Source: an uncultured Candidatus Saccharibacteria bacterium (GTDB taxonomy: Bacteria > Patescibacteriota > Minisyncoccia > Phycocordibacterales > UBA2100). From it: a DNA stretch of 64,000 bases. The notes under the pieces were generated by a model. The model saw nothing but the letters and a program-made list of their open reading frames with translations, searched no databases and was not told where the DNA came from. Shown in pieces: positions 36,798 through 46,330 of the stretch. The translations under genes were made by a program, and so were the position numbers. The first letter of the stretch is position 1. Each line of letters opens with the position of its first letter. Location of the stretch: the NCBI GenBank assembly GCA_964512835.1, contig CAZELA010000001.1:233372-297371 (forward strand). The letters are read 5' to 3'.

Positions 36798-39488
36798 ATG
36801 ACTCCATTCAATAACTACACAACGAAGGCAAAAGAGGCGATCCATCGGGCGCATCAGCTCGCAGTGGAGCGTGGCCATAATCAGGTCTCTACGCTGCATC
36901 TGTTTGCGGCACTTCTCACACAGGAAGAAACGATGGTGGTGCCGATGCTCGAACAGGTCGAGATCGATGTAACACACCTGACCGACTCCGTACTGGAACT
37001 TATCGAGGGTACCGCCGGCTCTACCGCCGTCTCACCGTCGTTCCAGCTGTATCTCACACCGGAACTCGTCCGCGTGTTCGAAGCGGCTCCGCGCATCGCG
37101 GCGTCGTTCAATGATCAGTTCGTCTCTCCCGAACACTTGTTGCTCGGTATTGCGGAACACCCGGGACCGGCATCGGAAACGCTGTCGCGTTTCCGTGTCG
37201 ACCGCACTGCGCTTGCGCGTGTGTTGACCGATATAAAAGAGGGCAAGATCCGCGGTGATGTCGACGACAGCAAAAAGACCCGTGCGCTGTCTCGCTTTGC
37301 GCGGTCACTCACTGATAAAGCGCGCGAGAACAAGATCGATCCTGTTGTGGGTCGCGACACCGAGATCACTCGGGTCATACAGATCCTTTCCCGCCGCACA
37401 AAGAACAACCCCATCCTCATCGGAGAAGCAGGGGTAGGTAAGACTGCAGTAGCGGAAGGACTTGCCTCGCGCATGGCGTCAGGCGACGTTCCGGAGTCGC
37501 TTCGCGGTAAGGAGCTTGTGCAGCTCGACCTTGGGCTCCTCATTGCCGGCACAAAATATCGTGGCGAATTCGAAGAGCGCCTCAAGGCTGTCATGAAAGA
37601 AGTAGAGCGCTCAGAAGGAAAAATTATTTTGTTCATCGACGAAATGCACACGATCGTAGGAGCCGGTGCCGCCGAAGGCTCGATGGACGCATCCAACATG
37701 CTGAAGCCTGCGCTTGCACGCGGTGAACTGCGTGTCATCGGGGCGACCACGCTCAAGGAATATCAAAAGCATATAGAGCACGATCCGGCACTCACTCGTC
37801 GGTTCCAGCCCGTATACATCAACGAACCGTCGACCGATGATACCGTCGCTATTTTGCGCGGCCTCAAAGAACGCTACGAACTGTTCCACGGCGTGCATAT
37901 AACCGACGATGCAATCATTGCAGCCGTACAGTTGTCGTCGCGCTACATCACCGAACGATTCCTTCCGGACAAGGCAATCGACCTCATAGACGAAGCGGCA
38001 TCTGCGCTCCGTTTGTCGCTCGAGAACATGCCGCCGGCACTCGAAGAATCACATCGCAAGGTGACTCGACTCGAGATTGAAAAAGAGGCACTCAAGAAAG
38101 AGGCAGAGGAGGGCGTTGAAAAGGCAAAGAACCGCGTTAAGACGATTGAAAAAGAGATCGCCGACCTGCGCGATTCCACCCGCGAACTCGAGACCAAGTG
38201 GAAGAACGAAAAGGACACGCTTACCGAGATCAAGCGCGCAAAGGCAGAGCTTGAAAAGTCGCGACAGGATGCCGACGCTGCTGAAATTGCGGCGGACTTG
38301 ACCAAGACCGCTGAGCTCCGCTACGGCAAGATTCCTCATTTGGAAAAGGAGATCGAGACTGCGACAAAGCGCCTGAAGAAACTCCAGCAGACGCGTCGTG
38401 TGTTGCGCGAAGATATTACCGGCGAAGATATTGCGGGTGTTGTGTCGCGATGGACCGGTGTACCGATATCTCGCATGCTCGAAGAAGAAGCAGAGAAGTT
38501 GTCGCGCATCGAAGCTGAACTCAAGTCACGCATTGTCGGTCAGGACGAGGCTGTTCAGAAGGTTGCAGACGCTATTAAGCGCTCTCGCGCGGGCATTTCG
38601 GATCCGCATCGTCCCGTCGGATCGTTCCTGTTCCTTGGGCCGACGGGTGTCGGTAAGACCGAACTCACCAAGGCGCTCGCGGACTTTATGTTCAATAGCG
38701 ACAAGTCGCTCATCCGGGTAGACATGTCGGAATACATGGAGAAGCACTCAATCTCGAAAATGATCGGTTCTCCGCCGGGGTATGTGGGGCACGACGAGGG
38801 AGGGGGACTTACTGAAATGGTGCGACACCGACCGTATTCCGTGATCCTATTCGACGAGATCGAAAAGGCTCATCCGGAGGTGTTCAATATTCTGTTGCAG
38901 GTGCTCGACAACGGGCGATTGACCGACGCAAAGGGTCGCACGGTGAACTTCAAGAACACAATCATCATCATGACCTCTAACATCGGAGCGGAACACATCG
39001 ACAAGATGTCGTCGCTTGGATTCGGAAGCGGGTTGAATGTGACCGAGGGTGACAAGTATGAAAAGGTTAAGGAAAAGGTGACTGACTCGCTCAAGGAGTA
39101 TTTCCGACCGGAGTTCCTCAACCGATTGGATGACATCGTACTGTTCAACATTCTCTCGCCGGAAAGCATCCGAAGCATCGTGCAGATGCAGGTGGATATC
39201 GTGGCGAAGCGCCTCGAAGAAAAACACATTACGCTTACCGTCTCAGATGCGGCACTCGATTATCTGGGTCGCGAAGGGTATAGCTCGCAGTATGGTGCGC
39301 GCCCGCTCAAGCGATTGATCCAGGCAAAGATTCTTACCGCGATCGCGAACATGATGGTATCGCGCGGGGTCATGGAAGGAGGGCATGTAAAAGTGGACAT
39401 CAAAGACAACGAATTTTCGTTTGATGTGCGCAAAGGACCCGAACGCGCAACGCGAAGCGCGTCATCTCGCGCCGCCGCTCGCGCCTAA
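36798..39488 (+). CDS. clpB: ATP-dependent chaperone ClpB
   Basis: Two AAA+ modules ([18 protein letters not shown]), long coiled-coil middle domain, Clp N-domain. Confidence 0.95.
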   Translation: MTPFNNYTTKAKEAIHRAHQLAVERGHNQVSTLHLFAALLTQEETMVVPMLEQVEIDVTHLTDSVLELIEGTAGSTAVSPSFQLYLTPELVRVFEAAPRIAASFNDQFVSPEHLLLGIAEHPGPASETLSRFRVDRTALARVLTDIKEGKIRGDVDDSKKTRALSRFARSLTDKARENKIDPVVGRDTEITRVIQILSRRTKNNPILIGEAGVGKTAVAEGLASRMASGDVPESLRGKELVQLDLGLLIAGTKYRGEFEERLKAVMKEVERSEGKIILFIDEMHTIVGAGAAEGSMDASNMLKPALARGELRVIGATTLKEYQKHIEHDPALTRRFQPVYINEPSTDDTVAILRGLKERYELFHGVHITDDAIIAAVQLSSRYITERFLPDKAIDLIDEAASALRLSLENMPPALEESHRKVTRLEIEKEALKKEAEEGVEKAKNRVKTIEKEIADLRDSTRELETKWKNEKDTLTEIKRAKAELEKSRQDADAAEIAADLTKTAELRYGKIPHLEKEIETATKRLKKLQQTRRVLREDITGEDIAGVVSRWTGVPISRMLEEEAEKLSRIEAELKSRIVGQDEAVQKVADAIKRSRAGISDPHRPVGSFLFLGPTGVGKTELTKALADFMFNSDKSLIRVDMSEYMEKHSISKMIGSPPGYVGHDEGGGLTEMVRHRPYSVILFDEIEKAHPEVFNILLQVLDNGRLTDAKGRTVNFKNTIIIMTSNIGAEHIDKMSSLGFGSGLNVTEGDKYEKVKEKVTDSLKEYFRPEFLNRLDDIVLFNILSPESIRSIVQMQVDIVAKRLEEKHITLTVSDAALDYLGREGYSSQYGARPLKRLIQAKILTAIANMMVSRGVMEGGHVKVDIKDNEFSFDVRKGPERATRSASSRAAARA

Positions 39489-39494
39489 TATCTA

Positions 39495-39535
39495 AAACAA
39501 TGCCCCGCCATTCGGCGGGGTTTTGTTAGTTGATG
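39495..39535. terminator. bidirectional terminator
   Basis: AAAACAATGCCCCGCCATTCGGCGGGGTTTTGTTAG. Confidence 0.7.
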
Positions 39536-39556
39536 AAAGATCAGCGGGCGAAATGC

Positions 39557-39997
39557 TCACGGACGATCGTGGCAATGCTCCCGGATGTAACGCTTCAGCG
39601 CAAGCTCGTGGAGCGGAAAGCACAGCGAGGGTGGCGTGAGACGACGGCAGATACGGGTGATCTGGCGGGCCGACGTCTCGTTCGTCGGTTTGAACGGACG
39701 GACCTCGATGACGCCGCACGGTGAAATGACGGCGAAGATCAGCAACCTCGTGTTATCCGGGGTGCTGTGCGCATCGAAGATCTGCATGTGCTGCGGATCG
39801 GTCGAAACCGAAATGTGTGCCTCGTCGTTGATCTCGCGCGCGAGCGCTTCTCGCCAGGGCTCACGCTCGACATAACCGCCGGGCAGGGCATCCTGGCCGA
39901 TGAACGGCTCGATGGATCGGGTGATTGTCACGACCTTTTGCGGCTCCGGAAAGACAAGGCCCACCACGACCGGGGCCGGATTAAAATACTCCGTCAT
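39557..39997 (-). CDS. NUDIX hydrolase
   Basis: Nudix box GGYVEREPWREALAREINDEAHI; RBS AGGAGA; only the last 146 codons of the Arg-rich 396-aa track ORF are credible. Confidence 0.65.
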   Translation of the reverse strand: MTEYFNPAPVVVGLVFPEPQKVVTITRSIEPFIGQDALPGGYVEREPWREALAREINDEAHISVSTDPQHMQIFDAHSTPDNTRLLIFAVISPCGVIEVRPFKPTNETSARQITRICRRLTPPSLCFPLHELALKRYIREHCHDRP

Positions 39998-40134
39998 GTT
40001 TTCTCTCCTTTGTTTCCGCCGTGATACTACATGCGAGGCAAAAAAGTTCAACACATGCACGGGTGAGTCGAAGAACAGAACCGGTCGGTACATGTAAAGG
40101 GCGCGCCGATTTGGCGCGCCCACGAAGTGTACGA

Positions 40135-40836
40135 TCAGGCTGCTGCTGCGGATTTCACCGCAAGCGGAATGCCTTCGTTGAAGAACTGTTCGAGTCGCCG
40201 ATTCAATCCGGCCGGCCCGCCGTCGAGTGACACGTTGTCGAACCGTGTGATCGCGATATTCACGGGCACGCGGCCGAGCAGTCCGCCGTTCTGCAGCGAT
40301 GTGTGCAGTCCGTGGTGCTTCACGAGCAGGACCGGCAATCCCGGATGCTCCTTGATCATCGTATAGATGCCGGAGTAGCGGGGATCGATGACTTCGGTCA
40401 CGCCGTCGCCGATCTGACCGGAGGCGAAGACAAGCAGCAGCTTCTTCTTGGCCAGAACCTTGCTCATCGTCTCGAGTCCGAATGCCTTTTCGGCTTCGCG
40501 CTGCTCCGGAGTCCACGACCGGGGGGAACCGAGTCGGATCACGCCGAAGAGCACCATTGCCCATCGGAAGTGCATGCGCATGTACTGCGAGTACTTCGCG
40601 GTCGCGCGGAGCCGTGCGTATGGCCACGCGAGGATCATGAGGAGCGGGCCGTCTTCCATCGAATGATGGTTTGCCACAACGATGGCGCCGCTCTCTTTGC
40701 ACGAAAGTGCGGCATCGCCGCCTTCGATCGTGACGGGGTAGCGCCACGCGACAAACGGTCGGATGATCTGATACATGATGTCACGCATCACAACGCCGAA
40801 TGTGCCGTCGAGCAGTCTCAGAAACCACTTTCGCAT
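40135..40836 (-). CDS. plsC: 1-acyl-sn-glycerol-3-phosphate acyltransferase (LPLAT family)
   Basis: HX4D motif VANHHSMEDG; N-terminal hydrophobic anchor. Confidence 0.7.
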   Translation of the reverse strand: MRKWFLRLLDGTFGVVMRDIMYQIIRPFVAWRYPVTIEGGDAALSCKESGAIVVANHHSMEDGPLLMILAWPYARLRATAKYSQYMRMHFRWAMVLFGVIRLGSPRSWTPEQREAEKAFGLETMSKVLAKKKLLLVFASGQIGDGVTEVIDPRYSGIYTMIKEHPGLPVLLVKHHGLHTSLQNGGLLGRVPVNIAITRFDNVSLDGGPAGLNRRLEQFFNEGIPLAVKSAAAA

Positions 40837-40953
40837 TGCAATCTCCCTTGGTTTTTGCTGCGCGGGATAATGCAACACTTTTGCGTATTTATCAAGTATT
40901 CCTGATGCCCGCTCTAGCAGATAGGCCCTGATTGGTGCATACTAGTGCCACAA

Positions 40954-41036
40954 GCGTCGATGGCGGAGTGGTCAATCGCACTTGGCTGTAAACCAAGCGA
41001 CTTCGGTCTGCGCAGGTTCGAATCCTGCTCGGCGCA
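40954..41036 (+). tRNA. tRNA-Tyr (anticodon GTA), type II, CCA not encoded
   Basis: Manual fold: acceptor GCGTCGA/TCGGCGC, anticodon loop CTGTAAA, long variable arm, T-arm GCAGGTTCGAATCCTGC. Confidence 0.8.
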
Positions 41037-41230
41037 CAAACGCAAAAAGAACCCAATTGGGTTCTTTTTGCGTTTGTGCAGCACGAGAGCAGAGTGCTGA
41101 GCACTCTGCGGCAGGATTCGAACGCCGGAGCGATGTGAGCCCAGTAGGGCGAACCGCGAGGCGGTGCCCAGACAAACTTTTGCGACGGCAAAAGTTTAGT
41201 CGAGGGAGAATCCTGCTCGGCGCACAAAGT
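41037..41230 (+). repeat. tRNA-Tyr trailer element
   Basis: Terminator (41045-41070), palindrome GCAGAGTGCTGAGCACTCTGC, inverted T-arm-like CAGGATTCGAAC, hairpin AAACTTTTGC-GACG-GCAAAAGTTT (41174-41197), direct copy GAATCCTGCTCGGCGCACAAA (41208-41228 versus 41020-41040). Confidence 0.65.
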
Positions 41231-41276
41231 GCAAAAAGCCCCTAACCGGGGCTTTTTGCGTGGTACGATTTACCGC

Positions 41277-41684
41277 ATGATATTGAGGCAGGTGAAGGTA
41301 CTTGCGACCATTTCTGTCTTCGTGATGATGCTGCTCCCGCTGTACGCGACGGCAGCCGGCATTCCCACGCAGATCGTTCCGTCACAATACAACTGTGATC
41401 AGGAGGGAGGATGCGATTCTATCTGTGCGATCGTGGTACTGGCCCAGAACGTGCTCAATTTTGGCATCTTTATGGCGGTGGTCATTTCCGCTTTTTTGTT
41501 CGCCTACGCAGGCTGGAACATGCTCACATCGGGAGGTAATGCCGAAGTGTATGCAAAGGGGAAACGGGTATTCAGTAATGTTCTGATCGGACTCATCATT
41601 ATCCTGGCGGGCTGGATTGTGATCGATACCCTGATGAAAACCTTTACCGGCACGGGCCTGACTGGAGCGGGGATCTGCGTGTAG
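41277..41684 (+). CDS. TrbC/VirB2-like small membrane protein, paralog F
   Basis: Signal peptide ...LYATAAG; two helices; resembles paralogs A-E at 21.3-23.2 kb. Confidence 0.5.
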   Translation: MILRQVKVLATISVFVMMLLPLYATAAGIPTQIVPSQYNCDQEGGCDSICAIVVLAQNVLNFGIFMAVVISAFLFAYAGWNMLTSGGNAEVYAKGKRVFSNVLIGLIIILAGWIVIDTLMKTFTGTGLTGAGICV

Positions 41685-41690
41685 TGGAAA

Positions 41691-42251
41691 TTGACACTAC
41701 AGCAGGGAATTGTATTGTTTCCCCGGTTCATCACGGAGGACTTGTTCGTGCAAACACTCACTCACTTGGCGATTGGTGCCGCTATAGGCGCTGTTGCATT
41801 CCCACATCAACCGATCCTGCAGCTCTCGTGTGTGGCAGCATCAGTCGGTCCGGATGTAGTCATGATGCCGCTATTTGCGCTCGACAAACTACGGGGACGG
41901 CAGCCGCTCGTGCGACAGGGGCCGATCGTACTCACACTCAAGGAGTTGAGTCATTCGATTTTCCTCTGCGGCGCGTGTGGCTTGATCGGAATGCTGCTCG
42001 TGCTGCCGGTTGTTACTGCGTTCGCGCTCGGCTGGTTGGTGCACATTGTGATCGATATTCTCACGCACGCTGACCCAAAGTTTCAGGCTATCGGGGATCC
42101 GCACTACATCTGGCCCGTGGGCAGTCTGCGGAGCTGGGGGGTCTGGGAATATCGGATCGAGACCGGTCAGCTCTGGCCACTGAAGCCGCTTGAGCTCCAG
42201 GTACTCATTGCCTCGTCGGCCATGGCCGTCGTGGGGTGGGTTGTCCGGTAA
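41691..42251 (+). CDS. YdjM/DUF457-like membrane-bound metal-dependent hydrolase
   Basis: LTHLAIGAAIGAV N-terminus and HIVIDILTH motif. Confidence 0.5.
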   Translation: MTLQQGIVLFPRFITEDLFVQTLTHLAIGAAIGAVAFPHQPILQLSCVAASVGPDVVMMPLFALDKLRGRQPLVRQGPIVLTLKELSHSIFLCGACGLIGMLLVLPVVTAFALGWLVHIVIDILTHADPKFQAIGDPHYIWPVGSLRSWGVWEYRIETGQLWPLKPLELQVLIASSAMAVVGWVVR

Positions 42252-42351
42252 TGACAGCTCTTTGGGACCCCGTCGCAGTGCGACGGGGTCCGTATCATTG
42301 GAAGAAACAGGGGTTGATTTTAGCCCGGCCTTTCTGTATAGTGCTCGAACT

Positions 42352-42507
42352 ATGTCGCAGGACCAGCTCATAATGTTGAAGCACGCAGCCACCGGAGAGG
42401 TGTATTGGACGCGCAAGAACCGAAAGCTCGTGACCCGAAAGGTAGAGCTCAAGAAGTACAGCGCAAAGCTCCGCAAGCACGTGATTTTCAAAGAGACCAA
42501 GAAATAA
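42352..42507 (+). CDS. rpmG: 50S ribosomal protein L33 (non-zinc form)
   Basis: 51 aa ending VELKKYSAKLRKHVIFKETKK. Confidence 0.7.
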   Translation: MSQDQLIMLKHAATGEVYWTRKNRKLVTRKVELKKYSAKLRKHVIFKETKK

Positions 42508-42579
42508 CAAAAAAAGAAAGAGTCCGGGAAACCGGACTCTTTCTTTATGTCCCGAGACACCATATACTTGGCGACGTCA

Positions 42580-42650
42580 GGGCGATTAGTTTAGTGGTAG
42601 AACAGCGGTCTCCAAAACCGCTAGTGGGGGTTCGATTCCCTCATCGCCCG
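42580..42650 (+). tRNA. tRNA-Trp (anticodon CCA)
   Basis: Manual fold: acceptor GGGCGAT/ATCGCCC, anticodon loop CTCCAAA, T-arm GGGGGTTCGATTCCC. Confidence 0.8.
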
Positions 42651-42652
42651 CA

Positions 42653-42820
42653 ATGATCAAAAAAGACGCGCAAGCGTCTTTTTTGCCAAACATTGCGAGG
42701 CGATGAGGGAATCGAAAGGCGGAGGCGGGGCACCCGCGTACCCGCGGGTCGCCGAGCCAGGGCAGTGACCACTTGCCCGAAGGGCTTAGTGAGTTACGCC
42801 GCTTCCCTCATCGCCCGCAA
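42653..42820 (+). repeat. tRNA-Trp trailer element
   Basis: Terminator AAAAAAGACGCGCAAGCGTCTTTTTT, inverted copy GGCGATGAGGGAATCGAA (42699-42716), direct copy TTCCCTCATCGCCCGCAA (42803-42820); the two copies can pair as a 13-bp stem. Confidence 0.6.
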
Positions 42821-42831
42821 CAAGTGGTACA

Positions 42832-43242
42832 GTGCACGGCATGAATAACGAACTCTTGTTTCCCGCACTTTCGACCATGATCGCGCTCATGGTGTATTAC
42901 TCGCAGGGCATCTTTGTATCGCTCGCCCGTCGCAAGCACGGTATTGCAGCCCCAAAAACAACCGGCAACGAGGCATTTGAAAACGTATTCCGTGTGCACT
43001 ACAACACGCTCGAGAATTTGCCGATTTTCCTAACATCACTCTGGTTCTTTGCGCTGCTTGTAAGTCCATATGTCGCAGGATGGCTTGGGCTCGCATGGTC
43101 TGTGGGACGAATCGGCTACATGTACGGCTACTACAAATCTGCGCAGACTCGTCACAGCTACGGTTCGGTGATCTCGTACCTTGCGCTGCTGCCGCTCATC
43201 GCGGGTTCGTTTTGGGGAATCATTTCGGGACTCATTCGCTAA
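42832..43242 (+). CDS. MAPEG family membrane protein
   Basis: Four TM helices with RVHYNTLENLPIFL (MAPEG R-x-H-x-N-x-x-E motif). Confidence 0.55.
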   Translation: MHGMNNELLFPALSTMIALMVYYSQGIFVSLARRKHGIAAPKTTGNEAFENVFRVHYNTLENLPIFLTSLWFFALLVSPYVAGWLGLAWSVGRIGYMYGYYKSAQTRHSYGSVISYLALLPLIAGSFWGIISGLIR

Positions 43243-43251
43243 CGAAATTGT

Positions 43252-43686
43252 ATGGAACTGCAAGTCGGCGTAAAAGTGCTCTTGAAGAATCGCGAGGGGA
43301 AGTTTCTGTTGCTCCGTCGAGCCTACGATCCGGAACACACGGTACAAAATAAGTGGGACGTGCCCGGCGGGCGCATCAATCCGGGTACGCCGCTCATGGA
43401 AAACCTTGCTCGCGAGGTGTCGGAGGAAACGGGTCTCGTGATGACTGCGACGCCTGTCATTGTTGCGGCACAGGACCTCTTGCCGAAACAGCTTGCACAT
43501 CGACATGTAGTGAGAATCACATACCTCGGAGCTGCGGACGGCGACGTACGTTTGAGCGAAGAGCATATTGAGTATCGCTGGTTCGACTTTTCGGAGATTA
43601 CAGCGCTTCCAAATCTCGACAGTTACTTTAAAAAGCTTATCGACGACGGTGTTATTTCCGAGGCAGTACTGCAGCACATGAGCTAA
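43252..43686 (+). CDS. NUDIX hydrolase
   Basis: Nudix box GGRINPGTPLMENLAREVSEETGL. Confidence 0.7.
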   Translation: MELQVGVKVLLKNREGKFLLLRRAYDPEHTVQNKWDVPGGRINPGTPLMENLAREVSEETGLVMTATPVIVAAQDLLPKQLAHRHVVRITYLGAADGDVRLSEEHIEYRWFDFSEITALPNLDSYFKKLIDDGVISEAVLQHMS

Positions 43687-43765
43687 CGCTGCTATTCAGT
43701 GGGCCCGAGTTGCTGTCGTGATCGTGCGGTACTATGGAGGCATTAGTCACATAGTTTTGTACGAC

Positions 43766-44083
43766 ATGTCGGGAAAAACAATCGGTATCGTACTTGTGCT
43801 ACTCGTGCTCGTAGGCGGAGGATACTACTTCGTCTCGATGAAGGGTGGCGCAAACATACCCGCACTATCAGGAATGAATGATTCACAAGATGCAGTGAGT
43901 GGCGGCACAGCTGCCGTTCCTGCCCAGAGTGGATCCGTCGAAGATTTTAGTGCTTCAATCGATAGCGAACTGCAGGCAACTGCGGCAGGAATGAAGGACA
44001 TGGACGCTCAGACAGACGCATCGGTTTCAGGTATTCAACTTACCGGCGATAGTTCACGATTGTATGACCCGAACAACCTCTAA
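43766..44083 (+). CDS. hypothetical membrane-anchored protein
   Basis: ATG at 43766; TM IGIVLVLLVLVGGGYYFV. Confidence 0.35.
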   Translation: MSGKTIGIVLVLLVLVGGGYYFVSMKGGANIPALSGMNDSQDAVSGGTAAVPAQSGSVEDFSASIDSELQATAAGMKDMDAQTDASVSGIQLTGDSSRLYDPNNL

Positions 44084-44876
44084 TGCGTGGCGCGCGGCAA
44101 CCGCGGCGGCACTGATTGCCGGTATGGTCATGCCCACATTTGCGCTTGCACAGACTCGTGGCGAGCGTCTCGATGCTGCGCGTGATGCAGCCAAGGAGCG
44201 TCGGGCAAGTACAACACCGAATGGGCAGGGAGGAAAAAATTTCTGTACCAACATTGATTCGGTACTCTCAAAGATGAATGAGGGTCGAGCCACGGTCGGT
44301 GAGAATCGCGACGAAAAGCGCGAGACTCGTGACGGGAAGATGAGCGATAAGCGCGGCGAGAAAACACAGACGCTCGATGACAAACGGTCCGAGCACGATC
44401 AGAGCCGCATGGACGGCTACGCAAAGATGGAGGCGCGCGCAACCACAACCGAGCAAAAGGCGGCGGTCGCTGCATTCAAAGCGACGGTAGAGGCAGCGGT
44501 TGCTAAACGAAAAGCTGCGGTTGATGCGGCCATTTCCACGTACCGCACGGCGGTCGATAAGCTTATTTCCGACCGTCGAGCGGCGGTGGACGCTGCTGCG
44601 GCGACGCACAAGAGCGCGATTGATGCTGCGCAGGCTAAGGCAAAGGCTGATTGTGCTTCCGGTGTTGATCCTGCAGGGGTGCGCACGACAATGCGTGATG
44701 CAATCAAGGCTGCAAACGATGCATTCAAGACTGCGGCAAAGCGCCCTGAAGACCTTAAGGGTCAGGTACAGGTATTGCGCGACACGCGCGATGCATCAGT
44801 AAAGGCTGCAATGGAAACGTTTAAGGCTGAATACGAGGCGGCAAAGAACACGCTCAAAGCGGCGCTTGGTCGCTAG
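44064..44876 (+). CDS. secreted Ala-rich repeat protein
   Basis: Signal peptide; repeated AAVDAA / KAA..A.. helical repeats. Confidence 0.45.
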   Translation: MTRTTSNAWRAATAAALIAGMVMPTFALAQTRGERLDAARDAAKERRASTTPNGQGGKNFCTNIDSVLSKMNEGRATVGENRDEKRETRDGKMSDKRGEKTQTLDDKRSEHDQSRMDGYAKMEARATTTEQKAAVAAFKATVEAAVAKRKAAVDAAISTYRTAVDKLISDRRAAVDAAAATHKSAIDAAQAKAKADCASGVDPAGVRTTMRDAIKAANDAFKTAAKRPEDLKGQVQVLRDTRDASVKAAMETFKAEYEAAKNTLKAALGR

Positions 44877-44905
44877 GAGACTCCGCTCAGCAAAAATCGC
44901 CGGCT

Positions 44906-45850
44906 CTACCGGCGATTTTTGTTTGGCACTGCAGTGTGCGAGATGTGCGCTTTCACGCAACGCTCAATTGCCGCGTAGGCAGTTGGGTCGAACCAGTGAA
45001 TGTCTTTGTTCCGGTTCCAGTAGCCCGTTTGTTTACGGGCGTATCGCCGGATCTCGCTCAACAGGGTGGTGATCAATTGTTCTTTTGTGATCTTGTTTTC
45101 GAGCAGGTCCGCGAGTGAGCGGTATTCGAGACCGAGCTCGCGCATTCGCTTGTACGAGACACCCTGCTTTTTGAGGCGCTTAGCTTCGGCTACCATACCC
45201 GCCTTGATACGTGCGAGCAGCCGGGTCCGTATTTTTTTCTCCAGTACGCTCGCGCTCGGAGAGATTCCGAGCCAGAGCGGCGCATACAACGCCTCGGGGT
45301 CTAACCTCGGAGATTCTGGGGGCTGTGCTGAAGCGGCGATTTCGAGCGCTCGAATGAGGCGCACGGGATTATTACGCTCGCTCGGTGTGTCCATGGCTTG
45401 TGCGCGCTTCGCATCCTTTTTCTTCAGCATGGCGAACAGCTGCGCCGCGGTTTTTCCCGTAAGTGACGCTCGCAATTTCGGATTTGGTGCGACGTTCGGC
45501 AGATCGACTCGGCCCATAAGTGCATCGATGTAGAAACCGGTGCCTCCGACTACGATGGGGAGCTTGCCGCGTTTGACGATATCGGCGATCGCTCTGTGTG
45601 CGGCCTTTGTGTAATCGCCGGCACTGAACACACGCTTCGGCGAGGCGACGTCGAGCAGATGATGCGGAATACCCGCCATCTCCTTTTTCGTTACCTTGCC
45701 GGTGCCGATATTGAGACCTTTGTATACTTGTCTCGAATCCGCGGAGACAATCTCGCCGTTGAGCTTTTTGGCCAGACGCACGGCAAGGCCGCTTTTGCCC
45801 GAAGCGGTGGGACCGACAATAACGACAACCCTGTGCGGCTGCATTTGCAT
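44906..45850 (-). CDS. miaA: tRNA dimethylallyltransferase
   Basis: P-loop VVIVGPTASGKSGLAV...SADSRQVYKGLNIGTGK; start at MQMQPH inside the longer track ORF. Confidence 0.85.
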   Translation of the reverse strand: MQMQPHRVVVIVGPTASGKSGLAVRLAKKLNGEIVSADSRQVYKGLNIGTGKVTKKEMAGIPHHLLDVASPKRVFSAGDYTKAAHRAIADIVKRGKLPIVVGGTGFYIDALMGRVDLPNVAPNPKLRASLTGKTAAQLFAMLKKKDAKRAQAMDTPSERNNPVRLIRALEIAASAQPPESPRLDPEALYAPLWLGISPSASVLEKKIRTRLLARIKAGMVAEAKRLKKQGVSYKRMRELGLEYRSLADLLENKITKEQLITTLLSEIRRYARKQTGYWNRNKDIHWFDPTAYAAIERCVKAHISHTAVPNKNRR

Positions 45851-45874
45851 GCGCGGAAGCGTACAATATTTCCT

Positions 45875-46228
45875 ATGGTTTACCACCCCGATCATCCCGA
45901 GCGGCGAACGGTTTTTTTTGATGATGAGTGCGAACTGTGCGAGGACGCCGCCGTGCGACTGCAGAAGGAAATCGGTGTATCCATCAGGGGAGCGTCGTCG
46001 GACACCGGACAGTTCATCGACAAAGAGACGCTCGTACGCGAACTGCATGCAATGGACGAGAACGGCGTGATGCATACGGGGATAGATGCCGTGATCGTGA
46101 TCCTGCGATGGCATCCGCAGGGGAAATACGTGGCGCCGATTGTGGCATTACCCGGTATAAAGCAGCTCGGGGCACTCGTATATCGAATAGTCTCTGCCAA
46201 CCGCCACCGTTGGTCGAGAAAGGGCTAA
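45875..46228 (+). CDS. DCC1-like thiol-disulfide oxidoreductase (DUF393) family protein
   Basis: VFFDDECELCEDA (D-x-C-x-x-C) near the N-terminus. Confidence 0.55.
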   Translation: MVYHPDHPERRTVFFDDECELCEDAAVRLQKEIGVSIRGASSDTGQFIDKETLVRELHAMDENGVMHTGIDAVIVILRWHPQGKYVAPIVALPGIKQLGALVYRIVSANRHRWSRKG

Positions 46229-46248
46229 TGCGGTAGTATTGTCCGCGG

Positions 46249-46330
46249 GCCGGAATGGCGGAATTGGTATACGCACACGACTCAAAATCGTGCGCCTCAC
46301 GGCTTGTGGGTTCGAGTCCCACTTCCGGCA
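46249..46330 (+). tRNA. tRNA-Leu (anticodon CAA), type II, CCA not encoded
   Basis: Manual fold: acceptor GCCGGAA/TTCCGGC, anticodon loop CTCAAAA, long variable arm, T-arm GGGTTCGAGTCCC. Confidence 0.8.

Noticed and set aside
39998-40747. N-terminal 250 residues of the 396-aa track ORF 39557..40747(-)
   Set aside because: Extremely Arg-rich, low-complexity translation that overlaps plsC in another frame. Only the C-terminal 146 aa (NUDIX box, own RBS) is credible.
40982-41245. Track ORFs 40982..41245(+), 46239..46457(+) and 42405..42656(+)
   Set aside because: Each spans a tRNA (Tyr, Leu-CAA, Trp) plus its trailer. They were used only as coordinate rulers.
42653-42830. tRNA-Trp trailer as tmRNA or another known tRNA-like RNA
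   Set aside because: It lacks a T-arm and acceptor geometry and has no resume-codon ORF. It looks like a copy of the tRNA 3' end only.
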